A DNA stretch of 64,000 bases from Octopus sinensis (taxonomy: Eukaryota), in NCBI RefSeq assembly GCF_006345805.1, contig NC_043007.1, forward strand, positions 29,636,001 to 29,700,000, written 5' to 3'. The notes under the pieces are model-generated. The model made no database searches. It worked only from the letters and a program-made list of their open reading frames with translations, and was not told the DNA's origin. The translations under genes and the position numbers were made by a program. Positions 13,170-25,289 of the stretch are shown here, in pieces (positions within the stretch are counted from its first letter, which is position 1; every line of letters begins with the position of its first letter).

Positions 13170-13331
13170 GGTGTAGGAGTGGCTGTGTGATAAGTAGCTT
13201 GCTTACGAACAACATGGTTCCGGGTTCAATCCCACTGCGTGACACCTTGGGCACGTGTCTTCTACTATAGCCTCGGGCCGACCAAAGACTTGTGAGTGGA
13301 TTTGGTAGACAGAAGCTGAAAGAAGCTCGTC

Positions 13332-13376
<45 letters not shown>

Positions 13377-13620
13377 ATGTATGTATGTATGTGTGTGTGT
13401 GTGTGTATATGTTTGCGTGTCTTTGTTTGTCCCCCAATATCGCTTGACAACCGATACTGGTGTGTTTACGTCCCCATAACCTAGCGGTTCAGCAAACAAG
13501 ACCGATAGAAAAAGTACTAGGCTTACAAAGAATAAGTCCCGGGGTCGATTTGCTCGTCTAAAGGCGGTGCTCCAGCATGATCACAGTCATATGACTGAAA
13601 CAAGTAAAACAGTAAAAGAG
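13168..13620 (+). mobile_element. tRNA-derived SINE family B with internal (TA)n(TG)n
   Basis: Head ggagtggctgtgtg..ggttccgggttcaatcccactgcg, internal microsatellite, tail ..aaggcggtgctccagcatg..gactgaaacaagtaaaa. Recurs at least six times in the window. Confidence 0.85.
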
Positions 13621-13837
13621 TATATATATATACGCCCGCACACATGCGTGTATATGCGAATATAGATACATAATTGTATATATATACATATATATATATG
13701 TGTGTGTGTGTATATTATATATACATACACACACGGATATATATATATATGTGTGTGTGTTTATGTATGTACGCAAACGGATATATGTGTTTTGTGCGCG
13801 TATGTGTGTATGAAAGTCTGATTTTCAATCGACCGGT

Positions 13838-13922
<85 letters not shown>

Positions 13923-14821
13923 AACACACACACACACACATGAGAAGCTAGTTTCATTGCGGTTTTCCTTCTCTGTCTCCGTTTAATATCAACCAACTTG
14001 ATATATCGATTTCTCCTCTTCGAAATTGTTTGTTGGAACAAGTTAATGAGATAATGTCGGTAAAAGGTTAACCTTCTCTACCAACCGATATGTTTCTAAC
14101 AGACGTGGTTCTTGCCACGACATTTCAGCCTTTTTTACTTTCCTAACATATCGTTCTTTATACAACAATAACTCAGGTTTAGTCTTAACATAATACTAAC
14201 GCAACTCAAACACTGGCTTCTTATTCCGGATTTACCTGGAAAAGAAATTTTAAAATAAGAAACTATTTCTTTCTAGGAGAAAGCTTCTAAAATACCTCTT
14301 CTCTGTTCCATAATCCCTCTGTAGACTATTCTAGGATTAAATCTAAATTTCCTATCGCTTATTCTCCTTTCGACCGATTCAGAATAAATATATAAAAAAA
14401 AAGCGAGTTAAAAGTCATCAGCGAGAAACCGCCATTGGTATCTCCACCTTCTGTGGTTGTTTTTTTTTTTATTTCTTCGCTTGGTGGTTTTTAATTTTTC
14501 TTTGAAGGTTTATTAGCTTCTATTCAGGTCTGTTTGTTGATTCTCTCTGCTTCTGTTATTTTATCTTACCATTCTAAGTGATATAGAACCGTTATTTCCC
14601 GTTCTTTCTGCTGTTGTTGTTAATAGATGTCTCTGTGTGTAGATCACAGCAATCCTCTGTAGACTATTAATGGATTCTTCCCTTTCAGGTCTTCAGATCC
14701 CGGCTGGTCTTCGTCAATGGCTTCCCAGCATCGATTATTTTTCATATCACCAATATATTACCTTAGACTAATATACATATTCACATGCATGCATATACAT
14801 ACATACACTCCCCCCATATAT

Positions 14822-14872
<51 letters not shown>

Positions 14873-15474
14873 TATATCTATATGCAAATACATACATATG
14901 TATATGTATATAGATATATGTTTATGAAAACACATACGCACATATATGCATATATATATGCCAATATATATGTGTGTATATGTGTAATTATGCATATACA
15001 TATGTATATTATATTTATGTATCTATATGAGAGTATATGTATGTATTTTGTCCGCATGCATGCGAGTATGTACATAGGTATATACCCATGTAATTGTAGG
15101 CAGTGGGTCTGATATATTGCAAATATTTCTCATCCATCCAGTAAGAACCAGTTCGATCTGGTTCTTTGAGTAATTATGGTTAAACACAGTTTAACCTGCA
15201 TCTATACATTACAAAATGAAGCAACATTTACCTTCAGAGTTTTATTAAGACTGTTTTTTTTTTCAAAATAATTTCTTCCATTCTGGCTTCTGACACATTC
15301 AGCCTGAATATTCTCATACTGGAAGTCAAATTAATGCTGTTTCGGCTGATATCAAATTTAATGCTAATCTGTGCTTCCTACAGAGTAACATTTTCGCGTA
15401 TCTACGCATAAGCGTGCATTGAGATATATATCATATAATACCTTGAGATATAAATCATATTTAAGCTAGTATAT

Positions 15475-15826
15475 AGCTTTTAAGCCACTGACCCCGAATG
15501 GGAAGATCTGCAAACATATCTCTGACTTGTTTTGGAGAATTTGTTGCAATTGCTTCCCCCAGAGTCATATCCCAATGATGATCGTATTCTCGCAAAAAAT
15601 CATGTAGAACAAAGCGCGGAAAACAATCGCAGTAATGAAAACACAGCAATCCAAAGTTTCAGGGTTGCAGGTTCGGATTCGGCCCAGAATGTTTTTAGTT
15701 TACTCACGGAGTCAGCCTGATTCCAAAATGGTATGATATGTTGGGCTGTAGGAGTAAAGTCGAAAAAGTGTGACACACTGAAACACCGACACACTGACAT
15801 TCACATTTATTATATTATATTATATT
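15475..15826 (-). mobile_element. Non-autonomous Helitron carrying a RepHel fragment
   Basis: Minus ORF contains DHHWDMTLGEAIATNSPKQVRDMFA, like the RepHel DD.EW...L.EA....P.QLR.LFA segment. The 5' terminus aataaatgtgaatgtcagtgtg is shared with the element ending near 61855. Confidence 0.7.
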
Positions 15827-16229
15827 AAGGCAGCAAGCTGACAGAAACGTTAGCGCGCCGGGCGAAATGCTCAGCGGTATTTCGTTTGCCGTTACGTTCT
15901 GAGTTCAAATTCCGGCGAGGTCGACTTTGCCTTTCATCCTTTCGGGGTCGATAAATTAAGTACCAGTTACACACTGGGGTCGATGTAATCGACTTAATCC
16001 CTTTGTCTGTCCTTGTTTGTCCACTATATGTTTAGCCCCTTGTGGGTAGTAAAGAAATAGGCACTTGTCTGCCGTTAGGCTGTGAGTTCGTATTCCGCCG
16101 AGGTCGACTTTGCTTTTCATCTATTCGGGGTTCGATGAAATTAGCACCAGTTACGTATTGGGGTCAATGTAATTGACTTAATCTCTTCCCCCAAAATTTG
16201 GGTCTTTGTGCTACCAGTAGAAAGGATTA
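15826..16229 (+). mobile_element. SINE family A (octopus OK-like), tandem dimer
   Basis: ggcagcaagctgacagaaacgttagcgcgccgggcgaaatgc..gagttcaaattcc..ctttcggggtcgataaattaagtaccagtt, then a second partial copy. Confidence 0.9.
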
Positions 16230-17329
16230 AAGTTGAAGAAGTGCGACACACTGACATTCACATTTATTATATTAGTTATGTTCGATTTCAAACGAACTTT
16301 ATTTGAATCAAAATGTATTTTATGAACCCTAAACTTGCGCAACACCATCCTTTATGCAAAGAACCTCGATTAGGCCATAGGAAGATCTTCAACTAACACA
16401 AACTGTGACCTGAATAAGATGCATGCCACTGAAACTCCTATACAAGTTTACATCTAACACCTTCCTTTACGTCCATGCTTCATTAAACCCCAAAACTAAT
16501 AAACCCCAATCAAAACAGAAAATTAACAAACCCCTGTCAAACCATCCCTTCCTCTTCATCCAGACACTATTTTCGTCCTGTCCTACTTTATTCTTCTTCT
16601 TACGCAACCACTTCTACTTTCTACCAACGAACTTACGTCACACCTAATTTTCACACACACATTGCTTCACTCACTAAAAGTTCTATAGACAAGGCTTTGA
16701 AAACCAAACTGAAGCATTGTCTGATGACTGCGTTTAACCCGAAACTTTGAAATTACTGTCAACCTTGTAAAAATGAGTAATTATGATATTCCTTCCTTCG
16801 TCTGTCATATTCTGTTCTATTGTTTTGGTGGCAATCCGTTTAGGTTTGGTTTTTCTTCCATTTTTTCTCAAAGAGATTCTTTTCCGAAAGATTTTATCTG
16901 AAAAATACTTGAAAGAATTCCTGTTAAACGCAGCTTTGCCTTTTTTTCTTTTTTAACGATAAAGGTTTTTTTTCTTTCTTCCACTTCTTGTTGTTTGCTT
17001 TAAATGATCACAAGAGGGCGCTGTTATTTTTCCGTTAGTTTTTTCTAATGTCAGTGTCTTTTCAAGTTAATCTCATTTCAAAATTTTTCTTTCTTAATCC
17101 CACGATAATTTTTGCTCTATTAATTTTAATAATTGTGTATTTGCTTACGAGGTGTTTTTTTTTCTTTCTGGTTTTTATTTGTTTCACATAATTTTTTGTC
17201 CTTGTTGTTCTTGCAATTGTTCTATTTCACAGAGAATAATCCAACTGTGGCACGCAATGAAAATCATTCAGACCGTACACTATTGTCATTTTTAGGCAAC
17301 GTATATCGAGGACTACCCTATTCAAATGT

Positions 17330-17405
17330 TATTTAATCCCATTTCCTTTTAAGACAATTGGCTGTGATATGAGGGAAATTTGGCTGTTGTTTCTGGAAAA
17401 TAGAG
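17330..17405 (+). mobile_element. Fragment of a second interspersed family (..gaaatttggctgctatttct.. core)
   Basis: Similar blocks at about 28990-29190, 35185-35360, 43770-43960 and 54800-54975. Confidence 0.55.
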
Positions 17406-18424
17406 CAAAAGTCTTGTTTTTGCTGTTTTTTCTTGATTTGGTTGTTTGCTATAAATCCTGACTGTTTCAAACACGTAACTGTTGTTTATTTACGTTGTCT
17501 ATAAACAGAACAAGACGAACATAGAAATATTTTCAGTACATAAATGTTGTAATTAAAAACATCTGCTCGAGAAGGAATTGTGCTAAATCTATAAACAAGA
17601 CGTCTACAGAGAAATAAAACCAGGTAAGTATATTTTTATTATTTCAACATACCAAGTATAACAGATCAATGTTACCAGCGCATCATGGACACAACACTAA
17701 AACGCCATCACTTTCTACAAACATTCAGTCTGACAATCTCTCTTTCTCCCTCTCCCCTTCTCTCTCTCTCTCTCTTCCCCTCTCTCTCTCTCTACCTCTC
17801 TCTCTCTCTCTCTCTCTCTCATAGGGATGACATATATCACAAAGTGTTAACTCTGTTTCACAAACACTAAAAAACTTCCTCAGCAAAACAAGGAATATTT
17901 CATGTTTTCATCGTCTCTTCACCAGACTTGACCAAGCTCAGCTAAGGTTCACAGCGGTTTATACAATATTCCATATCTGAGACACTCCCCCTGCTTCTCA
18001 AGCAAAACTTCCGGGCCCCATAGAAAAAAAAACAGAAAAGAAAAAGGAAAACCCGTCCATTTTCTTGAAACTCAGGGAATAATTCAGCCTCCGTTAGCTC
18101 CTGCCTCTCAACTAACTCCTCCGTTAGAGTTTCAAGTATTATTCACATATCTAGTACGGTGCCGTTCCTAGACACACAGACAACCCACACCGAGCATAAA
18201 AATATTATCTTTTCTCTTTAATAAGTAAAGAATTAGCAACGCAAAAGCAACAAGTGACCCACGAATGTGCTGTGCTTTCTTTCGTGCAAATAATACAAAG
18301 ATTGTCCAAACTGTTGAAGCAGCGAAACTTGGTCGTAGAGAACAGAATCAATATAAAATAAACAATACAAACGGTGTAATATCATAAAGTTAAATATGAT
18401 AACAAGGTGGATATCCACAAAATT

Positions 18425-18650
18425 GTCAGTCATTAGAGATTGTGGAAGTCTAAGGCAACAATTATTTCTGTGGTTGTTGGTTTATTTGGCGCAACACTTA
18501 AACTGCTACGTAAGAGGTTGAAAGAAACTGGAACTGAGGATTGCATCGTCGCTCTACGATCCAGTATTCTGCAAGAATTCTTAGAAATATTCTTGAGATT
18601 TGCGGAGATATGTTGTCCCCAAACTTCAAGACAACATTCTTGCTAAGTAA
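18425..18650 (+). mobile_element. RLE-type retrotransposon extreme C-terminal fragment, family E
   Basis: RLWKSKATIISVVVGLFGATLKLLRKRLKETG resembles the R4/Dong ending W..K..VIPVVVGALG. Confidence 0.6.
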
Positions 18651-18698
18651 TATTGTATTAATAGTTTTATTAATAATACTTTTTTTCTACTAAAGAAA

Positions 18699-18866
18699 CA
18701 AGGCCTGAAATTTAGGCATAGAAGAAGCCAAGTGGATTGCATCGACTCCGAAAGGATGAAAGGCAAAGTTGACCTCAGCGGCATTTGAACTCAGAAGATA
18801 AAGAGTCGGAAGAAATGTTGCAAAGCATTTTGTCCGGCGTGCCAAGGATTCTGCCAACTCGACGCC
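18699..18866 (-). mobile_element. SINE family A
   Basis: Reverse complement of the family A head and core. Confidence 0.85.
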
Positions 18867-19370
18867 TGTCGACGACAATGGCTGCGATAATAATTTCTAT
18901 TTGCCACGAGGACAACAAATTTAGGTGGGAAATTACAAAACCTGTGGGCTTTATACAGCAATTTAAAACAGGAATGTAATACGATATCTGAATAGAGGCA
19001 CCACCAACAGAAGTACCGCCATTAAGGGCCAGTCAAGGTAGTGGACGCCAACAAGGACGAGTGCGCGCTCCTTGTGTAATTTACTGTGTAGAGGCGAATG
19101 CTCAGGATTGGTCGGTTACCTTTGGCCAATCCCGCTTCTCTCACTCAAGTTTTAATTCATTTATCGAACGGACGCCTCACACCCATTCACCTGCGATCTT
19201 TATTGTTTTCACGAAGGCATTGCATATTGTAAACCTGCTGAAGCTACGACAGACAAGGTTTCGATACCCGCAAAAGTTCACTCAAGCGATCGATCCTATA
19301 AAGATTTCGTGAGCTTTTCCCCACGAGTCTATTAACCATGTGTATATAATATATAAAGCAATATATAAAG

Positions 19371-19418
<48 letters not shown>

Positions 19419-19530
19419 ACCCTGTTGTCACTATGCCGATTATCATGCATGTTCATGTATATATATACATATATATATATATATGATAGATCGCTAGCCT
19501 CTACACATTCTTTATTTTCTCTCCTTGTTT

Positions 19531-19566
19531 CTTTCTGTGGAAGAGTGTAGGCTCGAAATGTTAAAG
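19531..19566 (+). ncRNA. Degenerate minimal type I hammerhead motif in a Penelope-like pLTR fragment
   Basis: cttt-CTGTGGA-A-GAGT gtag GCTC-GAAA-TGT-T-aaag. Stems I and II are intact, the core is mutated. Confidence 0.55.
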
Positions 19567-19649
19567 GCTTTTTCACTTTCTGAGCGTTATACTAATACAT
19601 CTGTTCGTTGTCTATAACACTCGTCTTCGTCTTTTGTTTTGTTCGTAAA

Positions 19650-19729
<80 letters not shown>

Positions 19730-19992
19730 TGTGTGTGTGTGCGTGTATATATATATATATAATATATATATATGTGTGTGTATATATGTATGTATATATG
19801 TTTCCGTGCGCGTGTGAGTGTGCATGTATGTATATAAGAATGGAACATGATAGAGTGGCACTTGCCCTACCAACAATCTTTGCCTAATGAAGCCATCTTA
19901 CCCCAGTCTTAAAAAATAAACAACTGGGTAACGAATGACTGAACTAACAAAAACAGCAACATTATCAGTCGCAGCAGCAGCAGCAACAGCAG

Positions 19993-20340
19993 TGGAGGTG
20001 CAATGGCCCAGTGGTTAGAGCAGCGGACACGCGGTCGGAGGATCGTGGTTTCGATTCCCAGACCCGGCGTTGTGTGCGTTTATTGAGCGAAAACACCTAA
20101 AGCTCCACGATGCCCCGACAGGGGGGTGGGTGGCGACCCCTGTTGTACTCTTTCGCCCCAACTTTCTCTCACTCTTTCTTCCTGTTTCTTGTCCCCGACG
20201 TCCTACGCAACCGCTGAGCCTGGATGCGCATTCATCCATCCGTCGATGCTTTCGGTGTCGGGGGTTGACCTGCTTTCTCTTCTGCGGGTCTTACGAATAG
20301 CAAAGGACCACGTTTCGGACTTCTCCCACTGGGATGAAGA
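19993..20340 (+). mobile_element. tRNA-headed SINE family C1
   Basis: ggaggtgcaatggcccagtggttagagcagcgg..gtttcgattcccag (A and B boxes). A second copy starts near 45972. Confidence 0.85.
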
Positions 20341-21099
20341 CCGCTTCGCTCAACAAACAAAGCAGCAACAGCAACAGCAACAACAACAACAATAATAGCA
20401 ACAACTCTCACAACCAGAACAACAGCTAGAATTCTTCACCACCACCACCACCACCACCACCGCCGCTGCTGCTGTCACCGCCGCCGCCGCCGCCACCACC
20501 ACCACCACTAGCGCCACCATCGGCCCGGCAAACATTGGCAGGCAGTAATTTCAAAAGAAAGTCGGTGTGAAGTCATTGCGAAAGTGTAAAAGGAAAAACG
20601 TGACTCTAAGACAAACATTGGCGATTTAATGAAGGGAGAAGAATAATGGCGTTTCTGGATTGGCAAAGAGGCTGAGAAATGACCGACGATGATGGCAATA
20701 TAGTCAGACATGTGTGAAATACCAGTTGTTGTTGTTGGTGGTAGTGATGGTGGTGGAGGTGGCGGAGGTGTGTGGCTATAAATATTAATTAACATCTGAC
20801 TTTACATTAATCATGTGGTGTGAGAGGAAGATGGCGAACATTACTGTTGGATATGAATATGGGAAATAATGTGTGTGTGTGTCTGTGTGTCCTTGTATGC
20901 GTGTGTCCTTGTGTGTGTGCGTGCTTGTATGTGTGTGGGGGAGCGGGGTATTCGGGTGTGTGGTATCATTTTCGGACGAAAGCACTCAATACAAAAGTAT
21001 TGAGTTTCAAAGTATATGAAATCAAAAACAATCAATATATTACACGTATTGGAATGGGTGTGTAATGTGTGTTCTTATATGTGGGTGTATATATATATA

Positions 21100-21300
21100 G
21101 GGCGGCGAGCTGGCAGAATCGTTAGCACGCCGGGCGAAATGCTCAGCGGTATTTCGTCTGCCGTTACGTTCTGAGTTCAAATTCTGCCGAGGTTGACTTT
21201 GCCTTTCATCCTTTCGGGGTTGATTAAATAAGTACCAGTTACGCACTAGGGTCGATGTAATCAATTTAATCCCTTTGTCGATCCTTGTTTGTCCCCTGTG
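21100..21300 (+). mobile_element. SINE family A
   Basis: ggcggcgagctggcagaatcgttagcacgccgggcgaaatgc... Confidence 0.9.
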
Positions 21301-21342
21301 GGCAATAATGAAATATATGTGTGTGTGTGTAAGTGCAATATA

Positions 21343-21386
<44 letters not shown>

Positions 21387-21683
21387 GAATACAGCTCGTG
21401 ACTGAGTAAAACCATTTCCTAGATCCATTTCTCTCTAAGAAACATCCCAAGTTCTCCCTCACCATCGTTTATGATGTCTCATGTGACGCCTAAGGACTTG
21501 ACGCCCAGACGAAATTATCATTAATCATTCGGCTCCCGTGGCTTTTATGGGTTCTAACTTTGCTGAACTCAGTTTTCCCTTTCATCCATTCGTGGCCAAT
21601 AAAATAAGAATCAGTTATATACTGGGGTCGATATAATCGATTTACCCGCTCCTCCGTAATTGTTGGCCTTTTGCCAAAATTTG

Positions 21684-21685
<2 letters not shown>

Positions 21686-21736
<51 letters not shown>

Positions 21737-21740
21737 GTCG

Positions 21741-21775
<35 letters not shown>

Positions 21776-21811
21776 GTCGTCATCATCATCGTCATCATCA
21801 TCATCGTCGTT

Positions 21812-21847
<36 letters not shown>

Positions 21848-21869
21848 GTCATCATCATCATCATCATCG

Positions 21870-21907
<38 letters not shown>

Positions 21908-21908
21908 G

Positions 21909-21946
<38 letters not shown>

Positions 21947-22085
21947 GTCTCGTCATCATCATCATCATCGTCATCATCATCATCATCGTCATCATCATCA
22001 TCATCGTCATCATCATCATCATCATCATCATCATCGTCGTCATCATCATCATCATCATCATCATTCATCATCATCGTCATCATCA

Positions 22086-22118
<33 letters not shown>

Positions 22119-22119
22119 G

Positions 22120-22160
<41 letters not shown>

Positions 22161-22238
22161 GTCATCATCATCATCATCAATCATCATCATCATCATCATC
22201 ATCAATCATCATCATCGTCATCATCATCATCATCATCA

Positions 22239-22277
<39 letters not shown>

Positions 22278-22357
22278 GTCATCATTCATCATCATCATCA
22301 TCATCATTCGTCATCATCATCATCATCGTCATCATCATCATCAATCATCATCATCGT

Positions 22358-22451
<94 letters not shown>

Positions 22452-22813
22452 GTCATCATCATCATCATCATCATCCATCATCGTCATCATCATCATCATC
22501 ATATCATCATCATCGTCATCATCATCATCATCATCATCATCATCGTCGTCATAATCATCATCATCATCATCATCGTCATCATCATCATCGTCATCATCAT
22601 CATCATCATCATCATTCATCATCGTCGTCATCATCATCATCATCATCATCATCGTCATCGTCATCATCAATCATCATCATCATCATATCATCATCATCAT
22701 CATCATCATATCATCATCATCATCATCATCATCATCATCGTCATCAATCATCATCATCATCATCGTCATTCATCATCATCATCAATCATCATCATCATCA
22801 TCAATCATCATCG

Positions 22814-22845
<32 letters not shown>

Positions 22846-23017
22846 GTCATCATCATCGTCATCGTCATCGTCATCATCATCAATCATCATCATCATCATC
22901 ATCGTCATCATCATCATCATCATCATCGTCATCATCATCATCATCATCATCATCATATCATCATCGTCATCATCATCATCGTCATCATCATCATCATCAT
23001 CGTCATCATCATCGTCG

Positions 23018-23055
<38 letters not shown>

Positions 23056-23059
23056 GTCG

Positions 23060-23100
<41 letters not shown>

Positions 23101-23125
23101 GTCGTCATCATCATCATCATCATCG

Positions 23126-23157
<32 letters not shown>

Positions 23158-23161
23158 GTCG

Positions 23162-23205
<44 letters not shown>

Positions 23206-23206
23206 G

Positions 23207-23237
<31 letters not shown>
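21686..23237. repeat. About 1.55-kb (ATC)n array with GTC interruptions
   Basis: Directly visible. Begins right after a SINE A 3' end. Confidence 0.95.
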
Positions 23238-23669
23238 AATTATTATTGTTTTTGCCGTCATCGTTGTTGTTGTTGTTGTCGTCGTCGTTTTTTGTCTTTC
23301 CTTCGAGGCACGATTTATTCAAACATGAAATGAAATTTTCCTTCGTGTATTTATGAAAAACCGGGCAATAATTACCCGAGGTAAACAAGAAAAAATGTTT
23401 TGTTTTACAAACATTTAAAACCTTTATTCGCACTCTTTGCATTTCTACAAATGGCTGCCAAACATGGTTGAACCACAAAACTGAATCCTTCAACAACAAC
23501 AACAACAAAAAACAAAGAGAAAAGAATATCATTAAACCAAAACACACAAAAGTAAAAAATGACCGATTTAGTGAAGACTTAATGGAACAAATATCTCAAA
23601 CATTTAATATGTTGTGTCGAAGACAATATTAATAACAACACCAGCAGTGACGACATTGGAGACTATGAA

Positions 23670-23856
23670 AGCAGCGAGCGGGCAAAATGCTTGGCGGTAT
23701 TTCGTCCATCTTTAATGTTCTGAGTTCAAATTCCGCCGAGGTCGACTTTGCTTTTCATCCTTTCGGAGTCAATAAAATGAGTACCAGTAAAACACGGGGG
23801 TCGATGTAACAGATTAGTCTCTTCTTCCGAAATAGCTGTCTTTGCGCAAAAGTTTG
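23670..23856 (+). mobile_element. SINE family A
   Basis: gcagcgagcgggcaaaatgcttggcggtatttcg..gagttcaaattccgccgaggtcgac..., ending gcgcaaaagtttga. Confidence 0.8.
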
Positions 23857-24084
23857 ATCATCATCATCATCGTCATCGTCATCATCATCATCATCATCAT
23901 CATCGTCGTCATCATCATCGTCATCGTCATCGGCATCGTCATCGTCATCATCATCATCGTCATCGTCATCGTCATCATCATCATCATCATCATCGCCATC
24001 GCCATCGTCATCGTCATCGTCATCATCATCATCATCATCGTCGTCGTCATCATCATCATCATCATCATTGTCGTCATCGTTATT

Positions 24085-24120
<36 letters not shown>

Positions 24121-24213
24121 ATCATCATCATCGTCATCGTCATCATCATCATCATCATCATCATCATCGTCATCGTCATCATCATCATCATCATCATCGT
24201 CGTCATCGTCATT

Positions 24214-24261
<48 letters not shown>

Positions 24262-24277
24262 ATCATCATCATCATCA
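23857..24277. repeat. (ATC/GTC)n array
   Basis: Directly visible. Confidence 0.95.
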
Positions 24278-24294
24278 ATATTCTTATTATTATT

Positions 24295-24811
24295 TGATTG
24301 TCTTTGCATAGCTTCTAACGCTGGAGATGTACTACAGTGTCAGCTGTTCATTACCAGTGAACTAAGGTAACACCCTTCCATTTTCGAGCACCATTCGGAG
24401 TATTTAAGCGGTTCCAAGCAGTGATGTTTTCTGCAAGTGCACCACCCTTATTGCAGCCCCTATTTGTCCCATGTACTTCACAAGATTTTAACTCACTGTT
24501 TCCAGGGCTCCGACAATTGTTGGCACTACTACCAACTGCTTAACCTCACAGGCTAACCTGTTATATCCATCGATTTTCTTTCTTCATTATCGCATATCTT
24601 GTTGTCAGCTGGGCATGCCATATCTATGATCCAGCATCATTTGCTTTCTTTCTCAATTAACACTATGTCTGGTTTCCTATTCTCTATCTCATGGTCGCAC
24701 TGAATCATAAAACCCCATAGGATCTTTCAATTATCATTTTCGATGATGCCTTCGGATTTATGTTCATACCATTTTTCTATTTTGCTCTGTCAAGTCCATA
24801 CTTGTTGCAAG
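24295..24811 (-). mobile_element. R4/Dong-like RLE retrotransposon 3' fragment, family C
   Basis: Minus translation WYEHKSEGIIENDN..ILWGFMIQCDHEIENRKPDIVLIEKES..IIDMACPAD..PTIVGALET. ATT tracts on both sides. Confidence 0.85.
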
Positions 24812-24833
24812 TATTATTATTTTTTTTTTTTTT

Positions 24834-25277
24834 ACCTTCTTTGTTCAAATTTTCTTCCATTTCTCACCGAGTTTTTTCCGTACACCTAGGGCAGAGAAGC
24901 TCATTGTATGCATTCCTAGATTACACACGCAAATTCACAGGTAAAATATGTATTTAAAAAAAATTAATAAACAAATAAATTCATGAATGGATGTTGTTTT
25001 CACAGCCATAATGCTTTTCTCAGTACATGAGTCGTTCCAGTTAACACGAATTTTTGCCCTTCCTGTAGGGATGGTAAGCCTGGTATCATTTTCAAATAGG
25101 TTTCAGCACCTTTTTTTTTATCATTCCTAGAGATCCTACAATCAATGGTACTGTAGTCGCTTTGAGATGCCACATTTTTTTCAATTTCTATTAGCAAGTC
25201 TTTATATTTACTAATCTTGTCAAATTCTTTCGCCTCTATATTGTGATCACAAGGAATACTCATCTCAATTAATAAAC
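24834..25277 (-). mobile_element. R4/Dong-like RLE retrotransposon 3' fragment, family B
   Basis: ORF 25000..25263 MSIPCDHNIEAKEFDKISKYKDLLIEIEK... plus a 3' UTR similar to the next copy. Confidence 0.9.
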
Positions 25278-25289
25278 ATTATTATTATT

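Noticed and set aside
19993-20075. tRNA-like sequences with A and B boxes (also 29250, 34620, 41820, 45972)
   Set aside because: They continue into shared SINE bodies and lack a complete cloverleaf, so they are SINE heads and not tRNA genes.
20380-20550. GC-rich triplet run resembling a transcription-factor poly-Ala/His exon
   Set aside because: All frames close quickly and there is no adjacent conserved domain or splice pair.
21660-23547. Long ORFs (557 aa, 522 aa, 248 aa) of poly-Ser/His/Ile/Asp/Met
   Set aside because: These are translations of the (ATC)n array, whose plus-strand frames are all stop-free. There is no non-repeat coding content.
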